NCBI GenBank assembly: GCA_024642205.1
Contig: JAHEBQ010000032.1
Location: forward strand, 1,129-65,128
DNA: 64,000 bases
Reading direction: 5' to 3'
Source of the DNA: Planctomycetaceae bacterium
Lineage (GTDB): Bacteria > Planctomycetota > Planctomycetia > Pirellulales > Pirellulaceae
In this document: positions 1 to 9,204 of the stretch, in pieces
Position numbering within the stretch: the stretch's first letter is position 1
Layout of the letters: every line of letters starts with the position of its first letter
The notes under the pieces: generated by a model
Databases searched by the model: none
What the model saw: the letters and a program-made list of their open reading frames with translations, nothing else
What the model was told of the DNA's origin: nothing
Made by a program: the position numbers and the translations under genes

Positions 1-2
1 TT

Positions 3-296
3 CCCAATCCCAATTCCGGTATCGACGCCGTGTCGCTGCAGGATGGACGGCAGCTGCTGGTTTACAACCATTCGGTCAGAAAAGACGGTTTGAACGGGAG
101 GCAAATATTGAATGTGGCGATTTCAAGCGACGGAGAAAAATGGACTCCCGTTATGACTCTCGAAAACGAAGGCGACCCGGCCGGTTATTCTTATCCGGCG
201 GTCATCCAATCAGCTGACGGCACGGTGCATATTACCTACACGTGGAGGCGGCAGAGCATCAAGCACGTGCTGATCGATCCTTCCGTGATACGGTAA
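3..296 (+). CDS. Exo-alpha-sialidase / BNR_2 (Asp-box) family protein, C-terminal part (5' truncated by window)
   Basis: Frame open from base 3: PNPNSGIDAVSLQDGRQLLVYNH...LNVAISSDGEKW (Asp-box) ...YSYPAVIQSADGTVHITYTWRR, the typical C-terminus of BNR_2 sialidase-like proteins. Confidence 0.85.
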   Translation, partial: PNPNSGIDAVSLQDGRQLLVYNHSVRKDGLNGRQILNVAISSDGEKWTPVMTLENEGDPAGYSYPAVIQSADGTVHITYTWRRQSIKHVLIDPSVIR

Positions 297-314
297 GGAA
301 CAGCTCACAATCGC

Positions 315-1886
315 ATGAAACTTCATCCCCTCGACTGGATCGTCATCACGCTGTACTTCGCCGCGATGGGATACCTCGGGTATTACTTTTCCAAAAAGAA
401 CAAGGGCACCGAGGAGTACTTTGTCGGCGGACGGGCATTCAAAGGCTGGGTGCTCGGCCTGAGCATGGTCGGCACTTCAATCAGTTCTGTCTCGTTTCTG
501 GCCTACCCTGCCGACGCCTACCGGACGGCCTGGCTGCGAATGTTGCCCAATTTCGTCATGCCGTTCGCTGCCATGGCTGCGATTTACGTTTTCATCCCGT
601 TCTTTCGCGCGGGAAAAAAGACGTCGGCCTACCAGTACCTGGGCCTGAGGTACGGCAACGGCATCCGGATTTATGGCAGTTGCGCCTACATGATGACTCA
701 GTTTGTGCGATTGGGGATCGTACTGTTTCTGGTTGGCAAGCTCCTGGAAACGATGGTCGGCTGGCCGATCTGGTTGTGCATCATTTTGGCCGGGCTCGTC
801 GTGGCAGCCTATACGATCGCCGGTGGATTCGACGCCGTGGTCTGGACGGATGTGATTCAGACGATCGTCCTCGTGATCGGCGGAGTGGCTGTTTTTGTCG
901 CGGTTGTGTCGGCGGTTCCTGGCGGACTATCGGAAATTATCCGAGTTGCCACCGCGGATGGGAAGCTCGCGTTCTCAGAACTTCAGGGCACCGAACTGGT
1001 ACCAATCGGCTGGGGATGGGCTTTGTCCGAAAAGACAGGACTGATGATGTTGATGCTCGGCCTGACGTGGTGGTTGCAGGAATTTGCGTCGGATCAAACC
1101 GTCGTGCAGCGGTACTGTTCGGCTGCCAGCGACGCGGAGGCGCGCAAGGCTGTCTGGTGGAGCGTGTTGTGCCGGTTGCCGATCTGGGCATTCTTCATGT
1201 TTCTTGGAACGGCGCTATACGTGTTCTTCCAGATAAATCCCAGCGGACCCGCGATTGCCATGTTGACCGGCGAAGACAAACCCGAAGGCATCCTGCCGTA
1301 TTTCGTCATGAATTATCTGCCGCCGGGAGTTGCGGGAATCATCATCGCAGCGGCCGTGGCGGCGGCCATGTCCTCTCTTGATTCATCCTTGAACGCCGTC
1401 TCTGCGGTATTTGTAACCGATTTGTACCGGGAAAAAATTCGGCCGGACAGCGCTGATCAACACTACCTGAAGGTGGCTCGAATCGTATCCGGTATCGCGG
1501 CAGGGATGATGATTGGCCTGGCCATACTGCTTGCCTATTCGGAAACCAAGACAATGCAGGATGTGTCCACGATCCTCGGATCCGTTTTCGGCGGTGGAAT
1601 TCTCGGCCTGTTTTTCTTCGGCTTCTTCACCAAGTGGGGCGATGGCCGGGCGGCCGCGTGTGGTGTCGCCGCAACCGTCTGTTATACGATCTGTATTATT
1701 CTGGGCGAAAAACAAATACTGCCGCTTCCACCGTTCGATCTTTATTACGCAGCGATCGTCGGCAATCTGATCATGTTCGGTGCCACCGCAATCGCGTCAA
1801 CCATTTTCCGCCGCCCCGGACATGCGTCCTTGGCGCAGCTAACGGTCTGGACGATGAAGAATTCCGTGGATGAAATCCGGGATTGA
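315..1886 (+). CDS. Sodium:solute symporter (SSS family), possibly sialic acid/sugar-acid uptake
   Basis: 523 aa, many TM helices; EEYFVGGR, GLSMVGTSISSVSFLAYP, GGFDAVVWTDVIQ, DQTVVQRY, AAAMSSLDSSLNAVSAVFVTDLY motifs; 18 bp downstream of sialidase. Confidence 0.92.
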   Translation: MKLHPLDWIVITLYFAAMGYLGYYFSKKNKGTEEYFVGGRAFKGWVLGLSMVGTSISSVSFLAYPADAYRTAWLRMLPNFVMPFAAMAAIYVFIPFFRAGKKTSAYQYLGLRYGNGIRIYGSCAYMMTQFVRLGIVLFLVGKLLETMVGWPIWLCIILAGLVVAAYTIAGGFDAVVWTDVIQTIVLVIGGVAVFVAVVSAVPGGLSEIIRVATADGKLAFSELQGTELVPIGWGWALSEKTGLMMLMLGLTWWLQEFASDQTVVQRYCSAASDAEARKAVWWSVLCRLPIWAFFMFLGTALYVFFQINPSGPAIAMLTGEDKPEGILPYFVMNYLPPGVAGIIIAAAVAAAMSSLDSSLNAVSAVFVTDLYREKIRPDSADQHYLKVARIVSGIAAGMMIGLAILLAYSETKTMQDVSTILGSVFGGGILGLFFFGFFTKWGDGRAAACGVAATVCYTICIILGEKQILPLPPFDLYYAAIVGNLIMFGATAIASTIFRRPGHASLAQLTVWTMKNSVDEIRD

Positions 1887-2479
1887 TAACACAACCCGAA
1901 GGGTAAGCAAGCGACCTGCAGGAAAGGGGTACATTCTGTCGACGTCCCCGGTTCTCCGCGCCTACACGACGGTGACCTCCAGACCAACGACAACGATCCG
2001 CAAGCCGTGACCATGGCTTGCATATGTCGGTCAAATGCAAAAGCTATTTTCTCCGCCGCCCTTGGCTGGTTGGAACGGCCGATTGCCAGCCTCGCTCAAG
2101 TTGACCAGCTAAACCGTGGGAAAGCGGCTTCTGTTTTCCCGCTGAGCGAGGTTGGTAAATTCCCATAGATCGGACCGGAGGTCGTCGTTCGTTTGTTTGC
2201 CTGCTCCAACTGCCGTGTTCCACCTGCTTCCATCCATGATCTCCCCAGCGACGACGATGCTATTCTGGTCAAGTCCCATTCGGTCTGTCTTGAGGCCGGT
2301 CATCACGCTGGCTGGTGACGGAGATCAATCCTCGAATCGGGTACTGTTTCCTGCGTATTTCACGGCCAAACCTGCTTGCCGCGTCGGTCGACTCCATTCG
2401 CGTCACGTACCCCCTCGCGACCTCGTGGTGGTGGGTGAGGACCACCTGTGGTCCGCGAGAAAATCGCCGATGGAGTCTT

Positions 2480-2953
2480 CTATGTCAACACGCCACGTTT
2501 CTGCATCGCCATCGAATAGATCACCAGCAGAAGCGAAATTGCAAAAATGATCGCCGTGAAACCAACTCCGCCCGTTCCACCTATTTCAAGCATCTTGTCG
2601 AACCCGTAATTGTGAATCGCGGTAATGACCATGGCGATCATCGCAATCACGAACACGGGCACCGCCAGTTTGGAACGACACAACAACGCCAACATTCCAA
2701 TCAAGGCCCCAAATACGGCAACCGCCCAGCTTGCAATCACCCAGGTTGGAAACCCATAGAAAAAATCGAGCTGCTCCTGGGTGAACCCGCCCATGTAAGT
2801 CTCGTTTTTTGTCATGGTCATCACGAAATCCAGAACTCCCATCGAATTCCAAAGGAGTCCAACCACTCCGATAACCCATAAATGCCACGGTGTCCTGCCC
2901 GATGCCACTGAGTCCGATTGCTTGTCCACTGCGTTTGGGCTCGTTTCATTCAT
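2480..2953 (-). CDS. Conserved hypothetical 4-TM membrane protein
   Basis: 157 aa with four hydrophobic helices (PWHLWVIGVVGLLWNSMG...; WAVAVFGALIGMLALL...); coding-like codon usage. Confidence 0.75.
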   Translation of the reverse strand: MNETSPNAVDKQSDSVASGRTPWHLWVIGVVGLLWNSMGVLDFVMTMTKNETYMGGFTQEQLDFFYGFPTWVIASWAVAVFGALIGMLALLCRSKLAVPVFVIAMIAMVITAIHNYGFDKMLEIGGTGGVGFTAIIFAISLLLVIYSMAMQKRGVLT

Positions 2954-3232
2954 GATCGACTTTCGATGGTTGGTTTTTTATCTTGTTATCTTCGTTAGAC
3001 TGCCGGTTGGTTCGGATATCTTCTGGACCAGACTCTTCCTGCGTGGCAGGAAGGTTCATTTTGTCATAGTTCCTGTCGGGTTTCAATCGTTTTTGACGAA
3101 TGTCAGACTTCGAAAAAAACACTTGTGTTGCGTTCCGGTCCTTTCGATTGTCTACTTGGCCCCAGTGTTACTCGTGATCGACTCGATTGATAACTGGTGG
3201 TTGCCATGGCAGGTGCGCGACGAATTGGTGCG

Positions 3233-4684
3233 ATGAAGTGTTACTGGAAGATGGTGCTTTTGTCGCTGGCCGGGTTACGATTTGGCCTGATTGGCCACTG
3301 TGCAATCCAGTCACCCGCCAGTCAGGTATTCATCGACCGTGCAGCGGAACTGGGATTGCAACTTGATTCGTCAGCAGCCTGCTGGGCAGACCTCAACAAC
3401 GACGGTTGGCCGGAACTTTGTTGCGGCGGCAAGGTTTGGCGAAACGAAGGAGGCAAATCGTTCACCAAACTCGCCGAGGGATTGGGCGAAGTTATCGCCG
3501 CCGACTTTGACAATGATGGTTTTGTCGACCTTTATTCCTGGTCCACGTTTCAGTTGTATCGAAATCAAGGCGGGACAGCACTGGTTGCCTTTGAGCTTCC
3601 CGAGCTGCCTCCGAGTATTGCACTCGGAGCCTGTTGGGGGGATTTCAACGGCGATGGCTACGTCGATCTCTACGTTGGCGGTTACGAAGTCTGGGAGAGC
3701 GATATCACGTATCCGGACCTCGTGCTATTGAACCAGCAAGGCGCGTCGTTCAAACTGGCTTGGACCAACGCGGCGTATCGAGCGCGGGGAGTGACCGCCA
3801 GTGATTATGATCGCGACGGTGACCTGGATGTGTATGTCTCCAATTACCGTTTACAACCAAACCTGTTGTGGATCAACCATGGTTCGGGTGATTTCAAAAA
3901 TGGTGCGGTCAGTGCCAACGCCGTCGGAACATCCGACGGGTTTGCCGGTGGCCATTCAATCGGTGCCGCCTGGGGTGATTTTGACAACGATGGATTGATC
4001 GATCTGTTGGTTGGCAATTTTGCTCACCGTGACAGTCGTGGGAATCAACCTCAGTCTCGTTTTCTCAAAAACCTCGGGCCCGACAAAGCCCATGCGTTCG
4101 AAGACCGCGGTACTTGCGGCGTCTTTTATCAGGAATCCTATGCCAGCCCTGCGGCCGGCGATTTTGACAACGATGGCAATCTCGATCTGTTCTTGACAAC
4201 GGTTTACGAAACGGCGTCGTTTGGGAAAAAAAACAACCCGGTCCTGTTTCGCAATGAAGGTGACTTTCGATTCGCTGACTCAACGGCAGCAGCTCAACTG
4301 GCCGACCTCCCGCCGACCTACCAGGCTGCCTGGGCGGATTTTGATCGGGATGGCGACCTTGATCTGGTAACCGCGGGCAAGCTTTTTCAAAACCAGGGCA
4401 ACAAACGGCACTGGCTTGAAGTGCGTCTTGAATCTGACGGCAAATCGATCAACCGATCCGCGATAGGTGCAATCGTGCGAGTCTTGATGCCGGACCGGAA
4501 ATGGACGCGACAGGTCGAAGCGGGAACAGGTCAGGGAAATCAAAATGATCTCGTCCTGCATTTCGGTTTGGGAGAACAGGCAATGCCAGTCAACCTGGAA
4601 ATCCTTTGGCCAGGCGGCAGAACTCAAACCGTCGACAATGTCACCGTCGATCAGATTCTCACGATTTGCCCGGACGATCATTAG
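3233..4684 (+). CDS. CRTAC1/ASPIC-UnbV family protein with FG-GAP (VCBS) repeats
   Basis: Repeated WxDxDxDGxxDL motifs (ADFDNDGFVDL, GDFNGDGYVDL, SDYDRDGDLDV, GDFDNDGLIDL) and C-terminal NRSAIGAIVRV...LHFGLG...LEILWPGG ASPIC domain; start taken at ATG 3233 with signal-like N-terminus. Confidence 0.9.
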   Translation: MKCYWKMVLLSLAGLRFGLIGHCAIQSPASQVFIDRAAELGLQLDSSAACWADLNNDGWPELCCGGKVWRNEGGKSFTKLAEGLGEVIAADFDNDGFVDLYSWSTFQLYRNQGGTALVAFELPELPPSIALGACWGDFNGDGYVDLYVGGYEVWESDITYPDLVLLNQQGASFKLAWTNAAYRARGVTASDYDRDGDLDVYVSNYRLQPNLLWINHGSGDFKNGAVSANAVGTSDGFAGGHSIGAAWGDFDNDGLIDLLVGNFAHRDSRGNQPQSRFLKNLGPDKAHAFEDRGTCGVFYQESYASPAAGDFDNDGNLDLFLTTVYETASFGKKNNPVLFRNEGDFRFADSTAAAQLADLPPTYQAAWADFDRDGDLDLVTAGKLFQNQGNKRHWLEVRLESDGKSINRSAIGAIVRVLMPDRKWTRQVEAGTGQGNQNDLVLHFGLGEQAMPVNLEILWPGGRTQTVDNVTVDQILTICPDDH

Positions 4685-4765
4685 CCGATTGTCACTCCCT
4701 GTTTTTTCTGAGACAGGATTTTCACGAGGAACAGGATCAAACTACGAGTTGGCAGCGATTTCACG

Positions 4766-6166
4766 TCAACGATCCAGTAGTTTGTTTGGGAACAATTCGG
4801 ATGGCTGCCGCGCATCGAGGAGCAGTTGCAACATCTTTGCGGCAAGCTCCGGTTCTTGTGTTGCGAGATCATTTGCTTCGCCGATGTCTGCCTCGAGATT
4901 GTAAAGTTCAACCGGCCCCATTTCTTTCTTGTCGCCGACCCGAACGGCTTTCCAACGGCCCATCCTCAATCCCTGTTTTGATCCAAGTTCCCAATACAGG
5001 TAGTCGTGTTTTTTCTGATCGGACTTGCCCAGCAGCTCCGGTACGAAACTGATCCCGTCGATGTGCCTGGGTGACTCCGTGCCGGCAAGCTCGGCAAACG
5101 TCGGCAACATGTCTTGAAATCCGGAAACGTGATGACTGACAGTGCCAGGTTTGATCCTGCCGGGCCAGCGAGCCACAAACGGCTCGCGTATACCTCCTTC
5201 GTATGTATCGCCCTTTTTTCCTCGAAGTGGCCCGGCCGCCTGGAATTTCGACAGCGTACCGCCTCCCCCGTGAGGACCATTGTCGGAAGTGAAAACAATC
5301 AGCGTACGGTCTTCCTCGCCCTTTTCCCTCACCAACGCCATGATCCGGCCGACATCACGATCCATCCTGCTGATCATCGCGGCCTGGGTCTTTTGTTCCG
5401 AAGTCCAATCGGTATCGGAGTATTCGCCCAGATCCGGAACCTGAAATTTCGTATGCGGAATCGTATACGGCACGTAGGCGAAGTAAGGCTTGTCCCTTTT
5501 CTTGCCGATAAAGCCGAGGGCCTCGTTGGTTATCAAGTCGTGCGAGTATTCCTTTTCGCCGCCGTTGGCATTTCCCTTGAGTATGACTTTTTCACGATTG
5601 CGCCAAAGGTGCTGTGGATAGTAGTTATGTGCCTCGCGCTGGCAGTTGTAACCAAAGAAATGATCCCAGCCTCGATTCATCGGATCACCTTCGGAGCCAG
5701 GATAGCCCTGTCCCCATTTGCCAAATGCGCCTGTCGCATAGCCCGCCTGCTTCAACATTTCGCCCATGGTCAGGTAGGACTTGGGAATCGGCACGTTGCC
5801 TTCGAATTTCAGCGCTCGGTTGCCGCGGATGGGACAATGCCCCGTATGAAGTCCAGTCAACAGTACGCAACGAGCTGGAGCGCAAACGGGAGCCCCGGAA
5901 TAGTGATCCGTAAATTTGATTCCTTCCTTTGCGATCCTGTCGATATTGGGCGTTTTGATCAACTTCTGGCCGTAACACCCAAGATCGCCGTAACCAAGAT
6001 CATCCGCCAGGATGTATATGATGTTCGGACGATCGTCGCCTGCCGGCGCCGCAGACGCCGCAGACGCCGCAGACATGATGGTGGCAACAATCGCAACAAC
6101 CAATTGCGGCAAATGACGTTGGACAGGCCGACCAATTAACATGATGTTGGCTTTCGGTTTGGACAA
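4766..6166 (-). CDS. Arylsulfatase (sulfatase family S1, Cys-type)
   Basis: RPNIIYILADDLGYGDLG, formylglycine motif CAPARCVLLTG, GKWG, SDNG, GKKGDTYEGGIR; real start may be slightly downstream. Confidence 0.95.
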   Translation of the reverse strand: MSKPKANIMLIGRPVQRHLPQLVVAIVATIMSAASAASAAPAGDDRPNIIYILADDLGYGDLGCYGQKLIKTPNIDRIAKEGIKFTDHYSGAPVCAPARCVLLTGLHTGHCPIRGNRALKFEGNVPIPKSYLTMGEMLKQAGYATGAFGKWGQGYPGSEGDPMNRGWDHFFGYNCQREAHNYYPQHLWRNREKVILKGNANGGEKEYSHDLITNEALGFIGKKRDKPYFAYVPYTIPHTKFQVPDLGEYSDTDWTSEQKTQAAMISRMDRDVGRIMALVREKGEEDRTLIVFTSDNGPHGGGGTLSKFQAAGPLRGKKGDTYEGGIREPFVARWPGRIKPGTVSHHVSGFQDMLPTFAELAGTESPRHIDGISFVPELLGKSDQKKHDYLYWELGSKQGLRMGRWKAVRVGDKKEMGPVELYNLEADIGEANDLATQEPELAAKMLQLLLDARQPSELFPNKLLDR

Positions 6167-6327
6167 AAATACTGGTTGGTAATTTCAATTCGCTCGGGCG
6201 TTCACGCAAGCACATCTACGGGCAATTCATTTACGACGCGACTCAAGCCTGCCTTGTCTTGGCTGGCACCTTATTCCCATACCCGGCAGGCAAACGGACG
6301 CTCGCCTACCGCCCCTGCGAGCGACCA

Positions 6328-7128
6328 CTATTTTCCTTGTCCGCCTGGCTTCCCTTTGAAACGTCGCGCTTTTTCGGCAGTTGACTTTCCTGCGGCTGGT
6401 TCGGTGAAAACATACGCGTCTCCGATCAATTCCCTGGCCTGGGCTTTTTGAGATGGTTTTAGCCGGGCCAGCAGTCGATCTCGGGACTTTTCCTGAAGCT
6501 TGGCAATCTCCCGTCGCAAATCCCGCTGCACTTCTTGTTCGTATTCCCTAAGTTCCTCGGACTGGCTGTCGGTGATTTCAAGATCCGCTTTGATCGGATT
6601 GCTGGTCAGAACGTCGACCAGACTGCGCCGGCGAAGCAATGACTGCATCCTGATTTGACGAAGCCGTTTGACCTGATGGGGAAGCAGGACATCGTTCATT
6701 TCTTTTTCGGCGTCAGCACGGATTTTGGCAATTTCCCCCGCGACATTCTCCGAATCGCTGAAGTCAATGGCACGGAGTTGACCGGCGAGGCGTTTTTGAA
6801 TTTCGGATTGCCGATCTCTCAATTGATGATATTGATCGTCGACCATTTCGATGTCTGCACGAATCCTGGGATCGGATAGCAATCCCAGTTCGCTGCCGGC
6901 AACCCCGTATTGCTGCGCCGTCGAACCAATCGGTCGTCCTTGAGCGATGTCGTTAATCAGGGGGATGAGTACCTGTAGTTCCGGATTGTCGACCGAGGCG
7001 CGTTTGGCCGCCCCCATGAACTGGCCATATTCTTCGCTGGAGTCGAAGATGCCATTCGCTGTTTGTGCAAGGGCGGAAGACGATGAAAACGCGATTAATA
7101 GAACAACAAGTAATTTTCGTTTTTTCAT
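6328..7128 (-). CDS. Secreted helical hypothetical protein with LTXXQ/Spy-like motifs
   Basis: Signal peptide MKKRKLLVVLLIAFSSSSALA; helical repeats LLPHQVKRLRQI, LEITDSQSEEL, LKPSQKAQARELIG. Confidence 0.75.
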   Translation of the reverse strand: MKKRKLLVVLLIAFSSSSALAQTANGIFDSSEEYGQFMGAAKRASVDNPELQVLIPLINDIAQGRPIGSTAQQYGVAGSELGLLSDPRIRADIEMVDDQYHQLRDRQSEIQKRLAGQLRAIDFSDSENVAGEIAKIRADAEKEMNDVLLPHQVKRLRQIRMQSLLRRRSLVDVLTSNPIKADLEITDSQSEELREYEQEVQRDLRREIAKLQEKSRDRLLARLKPSQKAQARELIGDAYVFTEPAAGKSTAEKARRFKGKPGGQGK

Positions 7129-7222
7129 TTCTCCCTCGTGGTTTCAGGTTTTGTTCCGACAGGATGACCATGACACAAACGAACCTGTCCTGCGATTCCG
7201 GTCAATCCGAATTGTCCGTGGT

Positions 7223-8776
7223 TCACTCTTTCCCGAAAGCATACATCGCCGAGTGCGTTCGCACATAGATGACACCGTCGACGATTGCTGGCGTCGCGTA
7301 AACGTTGTCCTGCATGTCGTTGGTAGCGACAACCTCCGGATTATCTCCGAGTTTCAGCACGCTGATCGTTCCATCGCCGGCAGTCGAATAAATATTTCCG
7401 TTGGCGATCAAGGGCGACGCGTAATGGGTTCCGCGACCGCCGGTTCGTGTTCGGTAAACGATGTTGCCTGTCTTCAGATCCAGGCACGTCAGGACGCCAC
7501 CATTTTTGACAAAATAGATTCTCTCTCCATCGCTTAACGGAGAAGGGACCTCCGGAATCCCCTGTGTTTCCAGCGTCCGGATCGAATCCACGTCGACCTG
7601 ACCCTGGCTGCCGATAGGGATGGCGAGAATTCCGTGAGTCTCATGTCCAGCGCGAAATTTCTCGATATCGGCAACCTGCTGCGACCATTCCCTGGCCGTG
7701 ATTTTCCCGTCTCGATTCCTGTCGGCTCCCTTGAACCTGATTTTTCCACCATTCATGGGTGCTTCTGCGCCATCAGGACGATGAAAAATCCAAAGCTCCG
7801 GAAACTCCTCGGGGCCGATTCGTTGATCGCTGTTCTTGTCGTTTTCAGCAATCAATTTTTCAAACGTCGGGAACGTGGGCCTCAGCGCTGGCTCACCCAT
7901 CTTGTTCCATGCGGCCACAATCACTTCGTCGCCGGCGATGACCGGGGTGCTGGTCGCCGTCGTTGCACATTTGGTAAACCAGATCTGTTCGCCACTTGCC
8001 AAATCGATGGCTTGAATGGACCGCGCCGTGTGGACAATCAGTTTGTCGCCCGCCACGACGGGAACAGCGGTGCACGCCATTTCACCGTTAATTGGTTCGT
8101 CCTGGGGAATTTTCCACAGCTCTTTGCCGGTCTGTTTGTCGAGCGCCAACAGAAAGTGATCAACATAGTTGCCGCGATACAAGACCACACGGTCACCGAC
8201 AATCACGGGTGACGTCGCGTTGCCACCAAACGATTTCGCCAACGGCATTTTGACGTCCCACAGTTTTTCGCCCGTGATGTCAAAACAGATCAGCCCGTAG
8301 GAACCGAAATAGGCGACAACGTGCCGCCCATCGCAGGCAGGCGTGCTGCTCGCCGGATTGAAGGAGGGGTGGCCTGCCTCGAATTCGTCGACTCGAATGT
8401 CGTTTTGCCAAAGCGTCTTGCCGCTCGATCTTTCCAGGCATCGCACGGCGACACTTTGGGTTGCCGCGTCACAGGTCGTAAGGAAAATTCGCTCGTCGAC
8501 GATGCAAGGCGAACTGTGCCCGGGTGCCATGCCGACTTTCCAAAGTTCGTTTTTTCCCGGGCCGAATCTTAATGGCGGAACACCTGTCCCGATTCCGGAA
8601 GAATTCACTCCGCGAAATTGCGGCCAGTCGGCCAACGTATTGGTTGGCATAAGTAACGTACTCAGCCATAGCCCGACTGCAGCCCGCAGAACAACCAAGC
8701 CGAATTCCGGCTTCCGCAAATCCTCTCGCTCGCACGTCGCGACCGCGTGGTTCACATTATCCTGGGTCATCGTCAT
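7223..8776 (-). CDS. PQQ-like (BamB-family) beta-propeller protein with EF-hand insertion
   Basis: DWPQFRG, GHSSPCIV, ASSTPACDG, ASPLIANG, YATPAIVDGVIYVRT motifs; two EF-hand-like loops DKNSDQRIGPEE and DRNRDGKITARE; start approximate (8776 or 8770). Confidence 0.9.
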   Translation of the reverse strand: MTMTQDNVNHAVATCEREDLRKPEFGLVVLRAAVGLWLSTLLMPTNTLADWPQFRGVNSSGIGTGVPPLRFGPGKNELWKVGMAPGHSSPCIVDERIFLTTCDAATQSVAVRCLERSSGKTLWQNDIRVDEFEAGHPSFNPASSTPACDGRHVVAYFGSYGLICFDITGEKLWDVKMPLAKSFGGNATSPVIVGDRVVLYRGNYVDHFLLALDKQTGKELWKIPQDEPINGEMACTAVPVVAGDKLIVHTARSIQAIDLASGEQIWFTKCATTATSTPVIAGDEVIVAAWNKMGEPALRPTFPTFEKLIAENDKNSDQRIGPEEFPELWIFHRPDGAEAPMNGGKIRFKGADRNRDGKITAREWSQQVADIEKFRAGHETHGILAIPIGSQGQVDVDSIRTLETQGIPEVPSPLSDGERIYFVKNGGVLTCLDLKTGNIVYRTRTGGRGTHYASPLIANGNIYSTAGDGTISVLKLGDNPEVVATNDMQDNVYATPAIVDGVIYVRTHSAMYAFGKE

Positions 8777-9204
8777 TGCCTCTTGATTGTTGCGCCAACT
8801 GGGCATCGGCACCTGCGTCCGAAAAGAAACGCCCCGGGGGCACGATTCAACCGTCCCTGTAGTCTAATCGAAAAGCCGCTGTTTGGTGGGTCCTCACACT
8901 CAGGAGGCTGGGATCCACGGACGAAATCGTTCTCAAGCCCGCCCCCGGATCAGTCGAAATGCTGTACCTTGCCCGCGTCGTTTTCTTGCTCGCCAGGTCG
9001 CAAGTTTCTGCGGACCATTCGAATCGCTGAAATTTGAACCCGCCCGGAATTGCGATTCCGCGCCTGATCATTGCGTTTTTTCCGACCAGAAACGACAATC
9101 GTGGTTTTCCACCGTCCACCAGTCACCAGCCATCGCGAAATGGCTTTTCTGACTTCATCGCGATGTGGTGTTGGGGTTGATTTTGTTCGTCAAACGTGGG
9201 TGCA

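Noticed and set aside
1893-2460. Further REP-like word (AACCCGAAGGGTAAGCAAG) and short ORF 2109..2306 in the intergenic gap
   Set aside because: Single degenerate occurrence, no clear partner arm; ORF has an upstream in-frame stop and no motif
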